Below, one piece after another: positions 10,158 to 21,587 of a DNA stretch of 64,000 nt (positions are counted from its first letter, which is position 1; every line of letters begins with the position of its first letter). The stretch spans positions 448,001 to 512,000 of the forward strand of contig CAWJAX010000002.1 of NCBI GenBank assembly GCA_963841015.1. The letters are read 5' to 3'. The stretch is from an uncultured Methanoregulaceae archaeon. GTDB taxonomy: Archaea; Halobacteriota; Methanomicrobia; Methanomicrobiales; Methanospirillaceae. The position numbers were made by a program, and so were the translations under genes. The notes under the pieces are model-generated. The model was given only the letters and a program-made list of their open reading frames with translations. It searched no databases and had not been told where the DNA came from.

Positions 10158-10898
10158 TCATTCAATTTTCCTTCCGACCGCCGCACAATACAGCACAAAC
10201 TCTTCCTCTCCGTCAATTTTCAGGGCATCTGCCATCTGCTGGTCATCAAATGCCCCGATAGCACACGTACCACAGTCTATCTGCTCTGCGGCAAGGTAGA
10301 GGTTCTGGCAGGCATGTCCGGCATCGAGGTGTACGAGCCGGTATGCCCGTTCGCTGTATCTCCATGACATCCGGTAGATCACTGCTGACCAGATGAACGT
10401 GACCGCAGAGGATCGTACAAAGGCCTGACCGAGACATGCCGACATTAGTGAATCGGCCATACCGCTGGTGGTGTCGATCGTGGCAAGACTATGGGAAAAA
10501 GCGAGGTAACGGTACAGCCCGGGTTGTATACCTTTGACACGGTTGATGAGCAGCCAGGTCTCCAGCGCATGTCGTCCCCCGGCAGAAGGGACAGTGCGAA
10601 GCGTGTAGAACGGGGCTTTCACCTCAACAATTCCCTGGGTACACCAGCAGAGGAAGGCAAGTTCTTCGACTGTCAGCGGATCACGGGCATAGCGACGGAC
10701 AGACCGGCGCTGTTCAATTGCAGTGCGGAGATCCAGTGCACGTACCTTGATGTCTGAAGATTGGGGAAGCGGGATTATGTGGGCGTCCTGCGGAACGGCT
10801 TTTTCGAGCGGAGGAGCAGGAAGTCCCCGCTCCTGGTCAGATGCCGTCAGGTGTTCATACCGTGTCTGTTCCATGAATGTACGACCGGTTGGCAGCAT
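10158..10898 (-). CDS. SagB/ThcOx-family nitroreductase-fold protein
   Basis: RRSVRRY, RTVPSAGGRH, LDAGHACQNLYLAAE, AIGAFDD motifs. Confidence 0.9.
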   Translation of the reverse strand: MLPTGRTFMEQTRYEHLTASDQERGLPAPPLEKAVPQDAHIIPLPQSSDIKVRALDLRTAIEQRRSVRRYARDPLTVEELAFLCWCTQGIVEVKAPFYTLRTVPSAGGRHALETWLLINRVKGIQPGLYRYLAFSHSLATIDTTSGMADSLMSACLGQAFVRSSAVTFIWSAVIYRMSWRYSERAYRLVHLDAGHACQNLYLAAEQIDCGTCAIGAFDDQQMADALKIDGEEEFVLYCAAVGRKIE

Positions 10899-11065
10899 AA
10901 TCCAGTGATTGCCTCTTCATGAGAATAAATTCAATGGTGGAATTACCGGATACCCTATCCCCTGGTTTTTCAATGAATTCTTATCAGAATAGGAAGTTCT
11001 GGGGTAACTGGTCTGGGCTACCTACAGGAATCCTGCCACTGACAGGTGAGTGTTTTAAAAAATAG

Positions 11066-11628
11066 TTAGTGCTCTGAAAACTTCATGTCCCAGAAGATGT
11101 TCTTACCGGATGCCTTGAGCGGGATGCCATACGCGACACTGCACCCTTTGAGTATACCCAGTCTGAAGGGCAATAACACCAGCACTGAACATGATCCGGT
11201 TATCTGCATTATGGATACTGGCTGTCTTGACCGCTGATCCGACGGCTACACCAAGGTCAGAGATCTTCAGGACGCAGTTTGGACCCGGGTAAAGCGCTTT
11301 TTTGTTCTTTCCTGCCTTAACTGCCTTTACCATCTCTGCACAGGTAGCATACCCACATCCCCCGCAGTTGATGCCCAGCGGAATATGGCCTTCAACCCCG
11401 ATTAAGAGCGTAGCATCGCTGACTTTCAGCTGCTCTCCATTGATACAAAAAAAAGTCCATTTTCAACTCTTTTCCCTGTTTGATCATCTGGTTTGCAAGC
11501 TTTTCCTGAGCCTTTCCAGTAAGTATTTCAATTTTTATTGAGTCCAGCCCGACCGCTTTTGGTGCTGTCCGTGCCGAGAGCGCCATGAGCCCGGCTACGG
11601 TTTTCACTGCTTCAGATTCAGCTGTCAT
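11066..11628 (-). CDS. DUF2148-type ferredoxin-domain protein (two frameshifts)
   Basis: MALSARTAPK...NCGGCGY.TC...GPNC....DLG.AVGSAVKTASIHNADNRIMFSAG...ASGKNIFWD split across frames at the A8 run 11447-11454 and near 11155. Confidence 0.75.
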
Positions 11629-11933
11629 GCAGGAGGTTGGGGATGTCTGGCATAAAAAAGGCGCAGTCCAGAGAACATATCTGGTTACCGGTGTTCGTTT
11701 AACGAACACAGTCGGTACCTTGATACCGGTAACCAGTGTTTTACCTCAATCTGTGTAATTTTCCTCCGATACAATAATATAAGGGATATGAGTGAAGGTT
11801 ACCGGTTCTCGTGTTCTTCATTTTTTTCATGAGTGTTCAAAGAGGAGCATGAAAAGGTATTTCGATACGAATAACAGTAGATTCAATAGACAGCAAACAG
11901 TAATCCGTGCAGGAAATTTTTGGGGAATGCATA

Positions 11934-12704
11934 ATGTCACGATGCGAAAAATGTGGATCTTTTAAAACAATTCTCGCAAAGTCCTATTGTTACCCGGGTA
12001 AATCTGTCGGTTCGTTTGAAATAACCGGAGCAAAACCGATATGTAATGCCTGTATTTCAAAAATGAAAGAAGATGAATCAACAAGGGATGAAACGTCAAA
12101 AAAAATGATACGGTGCATTGAAAAAGAACAATACGCCGAATATCTCCGTATCATTGAAGACAACTTCAATGCAGAGAATCCTTCTCACTGGTATAACAAG
12201 GGAAATGCGTTGAGAAATCTTCAGAGATTTGATGAGGCAGTCGAGTGTTTTAACCAGGCATTGTTTCTTGATACCCATTATATTAAAGCGTGGTACCGGA
12301 AGGGACAGACCTTATTTTACCATGAAAAGTATCTTGATGCCCTGAAATCCTTTGGAAATGTTGTTCAACTGGATAAAAAATACGAGAGCGGATGGGGAAT
12401 AGCTGCAAAATTTTACATTACGATGACATTAAGTCGTGAATATTCCCGGTTGCTCAATGAACATCAAATGACCCGGGAATTTGAGAATTATGGCTTGGAA
12501 TGGATCTCCCATCTCTATTTTCTCCTCCATGATGAATTATCACTACCTGACGGTAAAAAAATAGTCCCTGAAGAGATTACCCTTGAATTATTCCTGGATT
12601 ATTGTTACGAACATTTTGAGGAGATTATCACCATCCTTGAGCCGGTGAAAGGACCAGCGATTTGTTATAAAAGTCACGGGAAAACCAAGATAAACCTTCA
12701 ATAA
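11934..12704 (+). CDS. TPR protein with N-terminal CxxC...CxxC zinc ribbon
   Basis: CEKC, CNAC; WYNKGNAL..LQRFDEAVECFNQAL TPR units. Confidence 0.8.
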   Translation: MSRCEKCGSFKTILAKSYCYPGKSVGSFEITGAKPICNACISKMKEDESTRDETSKKMIRCIEKEQYAEYLRIIEDNFNAENPSHWYNKGNALRNLQRFDEAVECFNQALFLDTHYIKAWYRKGQTLFYHEKYLDALKSFGNVVQLDKKYESGWGIAAKFYITMTLSREYSRLLNEHQMTREFENYGLEWISHLYFLLHDELSLPDGKKIVPEEITLELFLDYCYEHFEEIITILEPVKGPAICYKSHGKTKINLQ

Positions 12705-12808
12705 CCTTATAACTCGTTGAGAAATCCCCCTCTTTGTTGCCCGATGAATCCTTACGGGATCCTCACCGGCTCTCTGCCGTTATTCTGACAGCCTCAAAAA
12801 AACAGGAA

Positions 12809-14986
12809 TCATGATGGATTATTCAGACCCGATGAACCGGAATTTTCCCTGGGTACCCGGATTTCGAACCGTGCTCCTTTTCCTGGCTCTCCGTTTTCCC
12901 GGATTGTCATCCCCGTAATACCAAGGATTGTCCGTGAAAGGTACAACCCAAAACCGGTATGCTTGAAAAATTTTCGTTCCAAAATTGCTTCTTTTTGTTC
13001 AGCAGGAACCCCTTCTCCGTTATCCTGGTATACCACGACAAGATCGTCGTCCTGCATGCGGAAAGAAAAATCGATACTTGTTACGGTTTTCCCATGGCGT
13101 AGTGCATTTTCTAGGAGCGTATAAAAAACCTTCCCCAATAACGGATCTGCAAATATCTCAAGATTATCAAAGTGTACGACAAGAGTCACATTCGAAAGCG
13201 GGAGGTTTGCCGCATGTGACAGAATAGTCTCCCTGACATTAAACCAGCCAGGGGACTGGACCCCGATATCCTGGTAATCTTTGGTGAACATGATCTGGGT
13301 CTGTATGTTATGAGCAGCATGGATCTCCTTGTCAATATATTCCTGCAACGAGGGATCTGGAAATTTCATCTGCATCATTTCGAGGTAGCCGAGGATCGCA
13401 GTGAGCTGGTTGAGGATATCATGCCGTGTAATACTGTTTAAAAGGTTCAGCTTATCGTTCACTCGTGTCATTTCTTCTGCATGGCGTGTTGTATCCGCGT
13501 TAGATTGTTCCAGTATCATTTCGCTTACTTTTTGTTCAGTAATGTCGGTGATGAGTGCTATATAATAGAGGAATCGGCCATCCTTGTCCCTGACTGCAGA
13601 TACCACGACCGAAGCCCAGAATTCTTCACCATTCTTTTTTATATACCGTTTTTCTGTTGTATATTCGGGAATTTCCCCGGCACTCAGACTGGTGTAAATG
13701 GGAAATATCTGAGGAAAGAAAATCCGGGTGGGTAATATCGGTGAAGGATATGGTGAGCAATTCCTCCTTTGAATAACCGAGCATTGTGCAAAACCTCGGA
13801 TTGATTTTAAGAAACCGGAAATTTTCATCGACCATGACCATGCCATGCTGCCCTTTCTCAAAAACTGTCCGGAACTGTTCTTCGCTTTTCTGGAGTGCAT
13901 CTTCCACCAGTTTCCGGCTGGTGATATCACGGATCGTTTCAATCGCACCGGTAACTCTGCCACTTGTATCATAGAGAGGAGCGACAATGAACCAAAGATA
14001 GGCGCCCTTCCCCCAAAAAGTCGCTGGATAAATATCTCTGAGAAAAATTTATCTGCCTCTTTTTGGATAAACCGATAGTTCTTTTTAATCTCATCAATCT
14101 CATCAAAAACCAGATCAATGAGAATCGGCCGCCTCTCCCCGTAAAACGGGATGCTGTACTCGTGATCCCCTTTACCCAGCATGGCATCGGCGGGAACTCC
14201 TGTCATCTCCTCCATCGCTCTATTCCACGAGATGATCTTCCCTTCCTTGTCAATGACCAGGGTGGCATCAGGAAGGAAATTGATAATGTCAGTGAGACGA
14301 CGTTCCGATTCCTTAACGACAGCTTCAGATGCAGAGAGGATCTGGCGTTCCCGTTCATTCCGCTGAAGCACATAGTAAAATATCAGCAGGAGTAACAGCA
14401 GCAGGAGCATAGCGATTACTGCCGGTGCACTTCCGATGATTATCTGTATGGTCCAGTCCCGGGAATCAATATCAGTACCTAAAAGTGCGATAATCTCACC
14501 GGTGTTTGGATCGGTGATCGGAACAAGTCCGCTCACCCACGTGCCCCAGCGATCGGTCACCGGTCCTTCGGTCACCTCCTCTCCTGTTGCAAAAACATTC
14601 AAGAGGATAGCAGATGCTTCCGGATAAACCTGCCCGGGCGGTGAGTAATCCTCAGTTCCCGGGGGTTCAGAGTCAATTAAGAAGATGACTGTGCCGTCTG
14701 GTTGACGGTCAAGAATATACGCAAACCGGATCAGGGAATCGGTGGACTTTACCTTCATCAGATGCTCTTTTAAGTATTGATAATCCACTGATGCCAGATC
14801 AGCTTCTGTACCTGTCAGTGCTTTCACGTGCCCGGTACCGATACTCGCCTGGACAAGACGGGTTTTTGAAAGGAGATCTTCCCGCAGGAGATAATCCTCC
14901 CGCTGAACAGACCACAGGGTTAAAAGTATGCCACTGGCGAGGATTGCAATGATCGCCACAATCAGCCATTTGTTGACATTGCGCAT
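12809..14986 (-). CDS. Membrane-bound PAS histidine kinase (internal compensating frameshifts near 14010 and 13690)
   Basis: Two TMs flanking a sensor domain; PAS repeats (second PAS is in the alternate frame 13626-13907); H-box ITRHDILNQL; ENALRHG, DNGEG, GFGL ATPase motifs. Confidence 0.9.
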   Translation of the reverse strand: MRNVNKWLIVAIIAILASGILLTLWSVQREDYLLREDLLSKTRLVQASIGTGHVKALTGTEADLASVDYQYLKEHLMKVKSTDSLIRFAYILDRQPDGTVIFLIDSEPPGTEDYSPPGQVYPEASAILLNVFATGEEVTEGPVTDRWGTWVSGLVPITDPNTGEIIALLGTDIDSRDWTIQIIIGSAPAVIAMLLLLLLLLIFYYVLQRNERERQILSASEAVVKESERRLTDIINFLPDATLVIDKEGKIISWNRAMEEMTGVPADAMLGKGDHEYSIPFYGERRPILIDLVFDEIDEIKKNYRFIQKEADKFFSEIFIQRLFGGRAPIFGSLSLLSMIQVAELPVRLKRSVISPAGNWWKMHSRKAKNSSGQFLRKGSMAWSWSMKISGFLKSIRGFAQCSVIQRRNCSPYPSPILPTRIFFPQIFPIYTSLSAGEIPEYTTEKRYIKKNGEEFWASVVVSAVRDKDGRFLYYIALITDITEQKVSEMILEQSNADTTRHAEEMTRVNDKLNLLNSITRHDILNQLTAILGYLEMMQMKFPDPSLQEYIDKEIHAAHNIQTQIMFTKDYQDIGVQSPGWFNVRETILSHAANLPLSNVTLVVHFDNLEIFADPLLGKVFYTLLENALRHGKTVTSIDFSFRMQDDDLVVVYQDNGEGVPAEQKEAILERKFFKHTGFGLYLSRTILGITGMTIRENGEPGKGARFEIRVPRENSGSSGLNNPS

Positions 14987-15282
14987 TATTGGATAATCCC
15001 CCGCTGGATCATTGTATTTTACCTCACCGGCCAATTCATCTGCTGGTCTGTTGAAAGGAATTTAAGTGGTCTGTGTTAAAGAATATATATATATTCTGAA
15101 ATGTTTCCACTCGGAAATATACCGCCCCGATATTTGGTATTTTTTAAAAAACGATTCTTTTTAAAAAAATACTTCCTTAAAATCCGGTGCCAGGCACTGA
15201 TCATAAAAAATCAACACCAAATAAATTAATATCGGTTGATTATCCTATAGATATAATTCATATCATTTAAAGAGGAATTTTT

Positions 15283-15645
15283 TTGAAAGATGCCCGGATA
15301 TTTTTTGTTGAAGACGATGAAATTATCGCGAACTTAATCGAGTGGAGACTGAATAAGCTTGGGTACAGCGTCTGTGGATCAGCAAAAAATGGTGTTGATG
15401 CCATTCCCCTGATCAAGGAAAAAAAGCCTGATCTTGTCATCCTGGACATCGAACTGAAGGGACCTATGGATGGTATTGAGATGGGAGAGCTTCTTTTATC
15501 TCAGACAAAAATTCCTTTTATTTACCTGACCGCCCATACTGAAGACAATATCCTGAAACGTGCAAAAAACACCGGATCCCGGGGATTTGTAAAAAAACCT
15601 TTTTCCGATGATGACTTACGGGTTGCCATTGAACTGGCATTGTAG
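15283..15645 (+). CDS. Stand-alone response regulator receiver protein
   Basis: VEDD, PDLVILDI, YLTAH, KPF motifs; TTG start after AGAGG; divergent from the kinase. Confidence 0.9.
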   Translation: MKDARIFFVEDDEIIANLIEWRLNKLGYSVCGSAKNGVDAIPLIKEKKPDLVILDIELKGPMDGIEMGELLLSQTKIPFIYLTAHTEDNILKRAKNTGSRGFVKKPFSDDDLRVAIELAL

Positions 15646-15883
15646 ACCTTTTTGCGATAGTGACAAATTCCCTTTTATCCACCACCCAGAAAAATCAGCA
15701 CGGGAGAATTCCTTTTCCTTTGTATGAAAAATAAAAGAACTGGTAATGTGACGGAGGAGACAGTGACGATCCTCTCATGCCCCCCGGCATACGATGACAT
15801 ACATACATGAGTAGTATTCCTGTCTCCCTTGGTACCTCACTGAAGAATTCCCATCAGCAGAATTATTTTGTATGAAGTGAATA

Positions 15884-18076
15884 GTGGATAGTAAGGGTGT
15901 ACTGGAGATTAAAACAAAAAAATGTGGAGACTCCGGTGTAATGTTTACTCAGGACTTATATAACAAAGGTGTCGCCCTAGCCAATCTGCACAAATTTGTT
16001 GAAGCGCTTGCCTGTTTTAATGAAATCCTCAGGTTCAATCCGGATGACGCTGATGTTTTATATAATAAAGGGGTAGCTCTTGCTGCCCTGAACGAGTACG
16101 AAGAGGCAATTTTCTATTATGGGCAGTCGCTTAAAATCAATCCTTATAATGCTGACGCACTGAACAACCTTGGCGTTGCGTTTACCTCTCTGAAAAAGTA
16201 TGATGAAGCTATTCTGTATTTTGATAAAGTCCTGGCAATAAATCCGAACCATGAACTCGTTTTAATCAATAAAGGAGGTGCACTTGCCAAACTGGGAAAA
16301 TACGATGATGCTATTCTGTATTTTGATAAAGTCCTCAGGCTCAACCCGGATAACGCTGATGTTTTGTATAATAAAGGAGCCACTCTTGCCAGTCTTGGCC
16401 GTTTCACCGAGGCGATTGCCTGTTACGATCAGGTCCTCAGGCTCAACATCCATAATGCTGAAGCGCTCAACAACAAAGGTGTAGCGTATTCTTCCCTGAA
16501 ACGATATGAAGATGCCATTGTCAGTTTTGATAAAGCCCTTTTAATTCGTCCTAATTACAAGCATGCTTTACACAATAAAGGGCATGCTTTTGCCAAACTG
16601 AAAAAATACCGTGAAGCGATCACCTGTTACGATCAGGTCCTCGCGATAAGCCCTGAGAGCACCGATGTTTTGAACAGTAAAGGGGTTGCACTTGACGATC
16701 TGAAGAAGTACCCTGAAGCTATAACCTGTTATGAGAGGGTCCTCGTGATCAACCCCCGGAATACTGATGCACTGAACAATAAAGGGGTGGCGTATGCTGC
16801 AATGGAAAAATATGAAGAAGCAGTACTGTGCTACAATCAATTTCTCACCATTAAACCCGGCCATGTGCTCGTTTTAATGAACAAAGGGCGAGCCCTTGCC
16901 CGGTTAAGAAGGAATGATGAAGCCGTCGCATGTTTTGAGGAGGTCCTCAAAATCCTTCCCTATAACACGGATGCTTTATTCAACAAAGGGATGGCGTATG
17001 CTGCAATGGAGAAGTATGAGGAAGCGATTCTCTGTTACAATCAATTCCTTAAAATCAACCCGAAGAACGTGCTCGTTTTAGTGAACAAAGGGCGAGCACT
17101 TGCCCGGTTAAGAAAGAATGATGAAGCACTCGCATGTTTTGATGAAGCTCTTACGATAAAACCCGAAAACGCTGATGCGTTATATACTCAGGGAGCTGCC
17201 CGTGCTGCCCGGGAAAAATTCGAAGAAACTCGTAAAGACAGTCCCCCGCCCCCCATCATTTCACCCAATGCCCTCGTTTTGGGCAAAAAAGGGAGAGATT
17301 TTACTGCCTTAAAAAAATATAAAGAAGCCATCGTATGCTTTGATGAAGCCCTTCACATATCCCCGTATTATGCCGATGCTTTATATTACAAAGGGATTGC
17401 CCTTTCAGGACTTGAAAAATATGAAGAAGCCCTCCTCTGTTTTGATAAGGTGCTTGGAATCAATCCCGATAATGCCGATGCCTTGAATGATAAGGGAGTA
17501 ACACTTGCCAATCTTTCCCGGTACGATGAAGCGGTTCTCTGGTACCTTCAGACCCTGAGGATGAATCCCAATAATACTGAAGCACTGAATAACCTGGGTG
17601 TTGCGTACACCTCCCAGAAAAGGTTTGATGAAGCTATCGCATGTTTTGACAGAGCCTTGTCAATAACACCAAACCATGAACTTGTCCTGATGAATAAAAG
17701 CGGTGCACTTGCCGAATGGGAAAGGTATTCCGAGGCAGTCGCATGTTTTGATGAAGTTCTCCGTATGAATCCTGATAATGCTGAAGCTTTGTTCAACAAA
17801 GGAGTAAATCTTGCCAATCTTTCCCGGTATGATGAGGCAATTCTCTGTTACGATCACTTCCTGAAGATACATCCGGGTAATGCTGATGCTCTGAACAACA
17901 CGGGAGTTGCCTATGCAGCGTTAAAGAAATATGAAGAGGCAATTTTGTATTTCGATGAGGTCCTGAAAACCCACCCGGACAATGAATTTGCCTGTTTTAT
18001 CAAAGGAATCACCCTTGCAACGCTCAAAATGTTTGATGAGATAACTCTCTCCTTCGGGGGGGATTACTCCCTATGA
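15884..18076 (+). CDS. Large TPR-repeat protein (about 20 repeats)
   Basis: 34-aa periodic 'ALNNKGVAL..L.KYEEAI..FD.VL.INP' units; start may be ATG 15941. Confidence 0.92.
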   Translation: MDSKGVLEIKTKKCGDSGVMFTQDLYNKGVALANLHKFVEALACFNEILRFNPDDADVLYNKGVALAALNEYEEAIFYYGQSLKINPYNADALNNLGVAFTSLKKYDEAILYFDKVLAINPNHELVLINKGGALAKLGKYDDAILYFDKVLRLNPDNADVLYNKGATLASLGRFTEAIACYDQVLRLNIHNAEALNNKGVAYSSLKRYEDAIVSFDKALLIRPNYKHALHNKGHAFAKLKKYREAITCYDQVLAISPESTDVLNSKGVALDDLKKYPEAITCYERVLVINPRNTDALNNKGVAYAAMEKYEEAVLCYNQFLTIKPGHVLVLMNKGRALARLRRNDEAVACFEEVLKILPYNTDALFNKGMAYAAMEKYEEAILCYNQFLKINPKNVLVLVNKGRALARLRKNDEALACFDEALTIKPENADALYTQGAARAAREKFEETRKDSPPPPIISPNALVLGKKGRDFTALKKYKEAIVCFDEALHISPYYADALYYKGIALSGLEKYEEALLCFDKVLGINPDNADALNDKGVTLANLSRYDEAVLWYLQTLRMNPNNTEALNNLGVAYTSQKRFDEAIACFDRALSITPNHELVLMNKSGALAEWERYSEAVACFDEVLRMNPDNAEALFNKGVNLANLSRYDEAILCYDHFLKIHPGNADALNNTGVAYAALKKYEEAILYFDEVLKTHPDNEFACFIKGITLATLKMFDEITLSFGGDYSL

Positions 18077-18200
18077 TCCCTTGTCCGGTGCGAAGGGATT
18101 AATCCGGGAGGGGCAGCAGACCGTGCGTTAATGGGACAAAGTATTCGATCGTTCCATAATCCATAATCACTTTTATTAACCGGAGGATGGGAAGTTCGGT

Positions 18201-18791
18201 ATGAACAAACGGCAATTCAGATCTGATGATCCGGAAAGACGGCAATGGCAGGACCCGGAAAAGATACTGTCGTCTCTGGGTGTTGCACCGGGAATGGTAT
18301 TTATTGATGTAGGCTGTGGGGATGGTTATTTTGCCCTTCCTGCAGCACGCAGGGTTGGACCCCAGGGAAAAGTATACGCAGTTGACATTGATGCCAGTGC
18401 CATTCAAAGACTCCAACAGCAGGCAGCACGGGAAGGACTTGCCCACCTCTTTTCAGAAGTCAGAGAAGCCGAAGAAACCGTTGTCTGTGAAGGGTGTGCA
18501 GATTATGTTTTTTTTGGTATAGACCTGCATGATTTTGCGGATCCGGCACGCGTTCTCCTGAATGCAAAAAAAATGCTCGGTCCTGAAGGATGGGTAATCG
18601 ATCTTGACTGGAAAGATGAGCCTATGGAATTTGGTCCGCCTCCCCAGAAGAGGTTCTCGATTGACAAGGCACGCCATCTGATTGAATCAGCGGATTTTGA
18701 GATAGCATCAGTTACCGATTCAGGCCCCTATCACTACCTCATTATCGCAAAAAAAATTGCGGGGCAAGTCCTGGTTACACAACGACAGTAG
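18201..18791 (+). CDS. Class I SAM-dependent methyltransferase
   Basis: FIDVGCGDG motif I, VYAVDID motif. Confidence 0.9.
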   Translation: MNKRQFRSDDPERRQWQDPEKILSSLGVAPGMVFIDVGCGDGYFALPAARRVGPQGKVYAVDIDASAIQRLQQQAAREGLAHLFSEVREAEETVVCEGCADYVFFGIDLHDFADPARVLLNAKKMLGPEGWVIDLDWKDEPMEFGPPPQKRFSIDKARHLIESADFEIASVTDSGPYHYLIIAKKIAGQVLVTQRQ

Positions 18792-18897
18792 AAATGATGC
18801 AGGATGTGAAAAAATGAAAAATAAAAGCTCCTGAATTCAAAGACAGAAAAATTATTTTATTTTTTGACAGATGGATTTTCAGCTCTTTTTTGAATTG

Positions 18898-18962
18898 TAT
18901 CGCACCTTGGGGGTCGCCACAGCGGCGGGGGTGGAGGTAAAATCAACTGCCCATGGAAGCGC
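18898..18962 (-). repeat. Short copy (core) of the intergenic repeat
   Basis: Reverse complement of 18898-18931 is CCCCCGCCGCTGTGGCGACCCCCAAGGTGCGATA. Confidence 0.8.
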
Positions 18963-19135
18963 AATCGTTTTAACCTGTCCATTCGAATACCCCGCCGTTT
19001 CGTCAAGGTGAGAACATGGAATTACCCTTGTTATCCATCGCCTTAATCCTACGGAGCTTTTCACCATGAGCCCCGAAAAAATCCTCTATTGAAATATCCC
19101 AAGTGTATTTTTACCAGAATAAAGGTATATTATGC

Positions 19136-20419
19136 ATGGATCCCCTTGTCGCGTTTGTCATAACACTCGCGCTCATCACATTGATCAGCATACGGTACAG
19201 GATTTCACCGTTCTTCACGCTGATTGGAGGTTCGGTTCTTTTTGGTCTTCTTGCGGGGCTGACCCTGGACGCGACTTTAGTCGGGATTGCATCAGGTCTC
19301 GGAAACGTCTTTTCCGCATTCGGGATTATCATCCTCTGCGGTGCAGTCATCGCAAAACTCCTCCAGGAACAGCACCAGATAGAAGAGATGGTTGGGGATA
19401 TCCGACGAATTGTTCAGAATCCCCCGGTAATTGCCGGAGTATCGGGATACATACTGGCAGTACCCATCACCTGCTGCATCACTGCTTATATCCTGCTCAA
19501 TCCTATCCTCGATAGTCTTGAAACAGATCCAAAAAAGCGCAATGTCCTCCTGTACCTTGCCGCTGTCGGGAGCATCATCTCCTATGCATTGATCTATCCA
19601 ACACCCGTTGTTATTCCCCTGTTCGATGCATTCTCTGAAGGGATGAGCCCGCTGGTTTTCGATGCAATCACCCTGCCCCTCTCCCTTGTGACGTTAGCGG
19701 GAATTCTTGTCTTCTTCCGGTGGTGGTGTGCTGAAGGCATGCGGGCACGCCCAAAAAAAACAGAAGAAAACAGCCTGGACTCAGGGGTCATCGCAGGTTC
19801 ACCGGGTACGGTCCACTGGCGGGCCTGGGCTCCCTTCATTGCAATCTTTGCCTCCATCCCGATTGCACTGTTCGTCCTTAACCTGTCGCATATGAGCATG
19901 ATCAATTTTATTATGCTTATCGGCGCAGGTACGGCTCTCGTCCTTGCACAGCAAACAGCCCGTGTAACAGGATTGTCACAGGGAGCAAAACATGCCGGGA
20001 TCATAATCTTTGATATCTGCGGGGCCGGAGCACTGGGTTTTGTCATAGTCGAGAGCGGCTTTGCACAGGCAGCTCTGGGTCAGCTTACCCTTTTCATCCC
20101 CATTGTCCTTGTCCCGTTCCTGTTTGCCGCTCTGATTGAAACCGCACAGGGATCACGGGTCGTGACAGCAGTGGTATCTGCTGAAGTGCTCGCAGGTTCA
20201 GCTGTTACCGACGCTATTCATCCGGTTCCTCTAATCCTTCTTATCAGTGCCGGGTCGTGCATGGTATCGTACGTGACCGACCCCTATTTTTGGCTCGTCC
20301 AGCGTACAACAGGTGATGATATCAGAACAGTCGTAAGGAATTATACGTTTCCTGTCGCTCTGGTTGGCATATTTATATTCATGGTTGCACTGGGTCTGGA
20401 ATATATTGTCTTCCGGTGA
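19136..20419 (+). CDS. GntP/DsdX-family permease
   Basis: Multi-TM; IYPTP, AQGSRVVTAV, SYVTDPYFWLV motifs. Confidence 0.85.
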   Translation: MDPLVAFVITLALITLISIRYRISPFFTLIGGSVLFGLLAGLTLDATLVGIASGLGNVFSAFGIIILCGAVIAKLLQEQHQIEEMVGDIRRIVQNPPVIAGVSGYILAVPITCCITAYILLNPILDSLETDPKKRNVLLYLAAVGSIISYALIYPTPVVIPLFDAFSEGMSPLVFDAITLPLSLVTLAGILVFFRWWCAEGMRARPKKTEENSLDSGVIAGSPGTVHWRAWAPFIAIFASIPIALFVLNLSHMSMINFIMLIGAGTALVLAQQTARVTGLSQGAKHAGIIIFDICGAGALGFVIVESGFAQAALGQLTLFIPIVLVPFLFAALIETAQGSRVVTAVVSAEVLAGSAVTDAIHPVPLILLISAGSCMVSYVTDPYFWLVQRTTGDDIRTVVRNYTFPVALVGIFIFMVALGLEYIVFR

Positions 20420-20753
20420 AGTCCTGTCGGGAAATAGTGATGCCCCTGCACTTTTTCTCCTCCTCGCATAGTTCAACAAAAGAGACTTTGGAGAAATCCC
20501 CAATACCCGGGTTTGACACTCATGGAATTTCTCCCCCTTTCGCTGTGGCTGCCCTGGATGGGACAGCCTGAAAGTATTCATTCTCATCACTCGAAACGCA
20601 GGGGTGGTACTTGTAAAAAGGCAAGTTCTCCATTATAGTACCATTGCCTTTTATTTCCTGTCCCCGTCAAAGGAATTCTGCCGATCTAAAAAAGGATACA
20701 GGCATCCCGGGTGCCCTTTCTCTTGTTTTTGTGATTTTTAATGAATTATTTAT

Positions 20754-21122
20754 GTGATGAACAGCATTCTTTTTATTGCGTGGAACATGAGAAAAACTGC
20801 CGATTTGATAGAGGAGATGAAAGCAGAAGCAAAAAAGGCGTGGCTCGTTGCAATTGCAGTCGGGTTTGAACATGAGACAAAGTTTGTATTCAGTTCCGGC
20901 AGTCGTCCGCTCGAAGACCTGAATACACTGGTAAAAAGGGGTGGAGCACCCATAGGATTGTTGCGATTTGAAAAAGATAACAGTTCAGTACAGGGATCAT
21001 ACCGTCCCTTCGGAGAATATGAAAATGAGCCCTGGGTACAACAGTATCTTGGCGGCCTTTTGGAAAACACCGGGGAAATAATTGCAATAAGTCAGAACCA
21101 GATGAATTTACCTGATTATTAA
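20754..21122 (+). CDS. Hypothetical protein
   Basis: 122-aa ORF with protein-like composition; start uncertain (ATG 20787 possible). Confidence 0.6.
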   Translation: MMNSILFIAWNMRKTADLIEEMKAEAKKAWLVAIAVGFEHETKFVFSSGSRPLEDLNTLVKRGGAPIGLLRFEKDNSSVQGSYRPFGEYENEPWVQQYLGGLLENTGEIIAISQNQMNLPDY

Positions 21123-21137
21123 TAAAAAATTTGGCAC

Positions 21138-21340
21138 TGGAGAAATGCTCAATTACAAGCTAAACTCTCAAGGGGGTTTCACCCCCGCCGCTGTGGCTCC
21201 CCCGATGCGACAACTCCCGAACAGGTGCTACGTATCATCGCTCAGCGCAGGGGCGGTATGGGGGGACAGGCACTGTCCCCTCCTTCATTCTTACCAGCAC
21301 CTTGAATTTCATATCAATGGAAAAGGAATTCCACAGAGCC
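21138..21340 (+). repeat. Intergenic repeat, module B copy
   Basis: Near-identical to 27121-27325; hairpin GGGGACAG-GCA-CTGTCCCC at 21262-21280. Confidence 0.9.
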
Positions 21341-21587
21341 AAAAAAATCCGATTTTTTAACGTTATTATCAGGAGAATTATCTGAATTCTACTCCTGACT
21401 CCGGTGATGTTTGCTCTTATTTACAGAAGCACTCTCTAGTCCTTCATCGCATTTTTTATATGTATCAGGTCCCGTTCTAGGTTCCGGATCATGTAACTTC
21501 ATTTTTATTGGCACAAAAATCACCTGGACTTCCTGTGATGGACACAGATACTATATTATAACCCTCCGGCCAAATGCAACATATTCC

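Noticed and set aside
10158-10898. RiPP (azole peptide) cluster suggested by the SagB-like gene
   Set aside because: No YcaO, precursor peptide or transporter adjacent; stand-alone SagB-like nitroreductases are common in methanogens.
21145-21360. Apparent small protein family (MLNYKLN...GFTPAAVA) also at 27124, about 4960-5040 and 59149
   Set aside because: These are translations of the non-coding repeat; frames differ between copies while hairpins are conserved.
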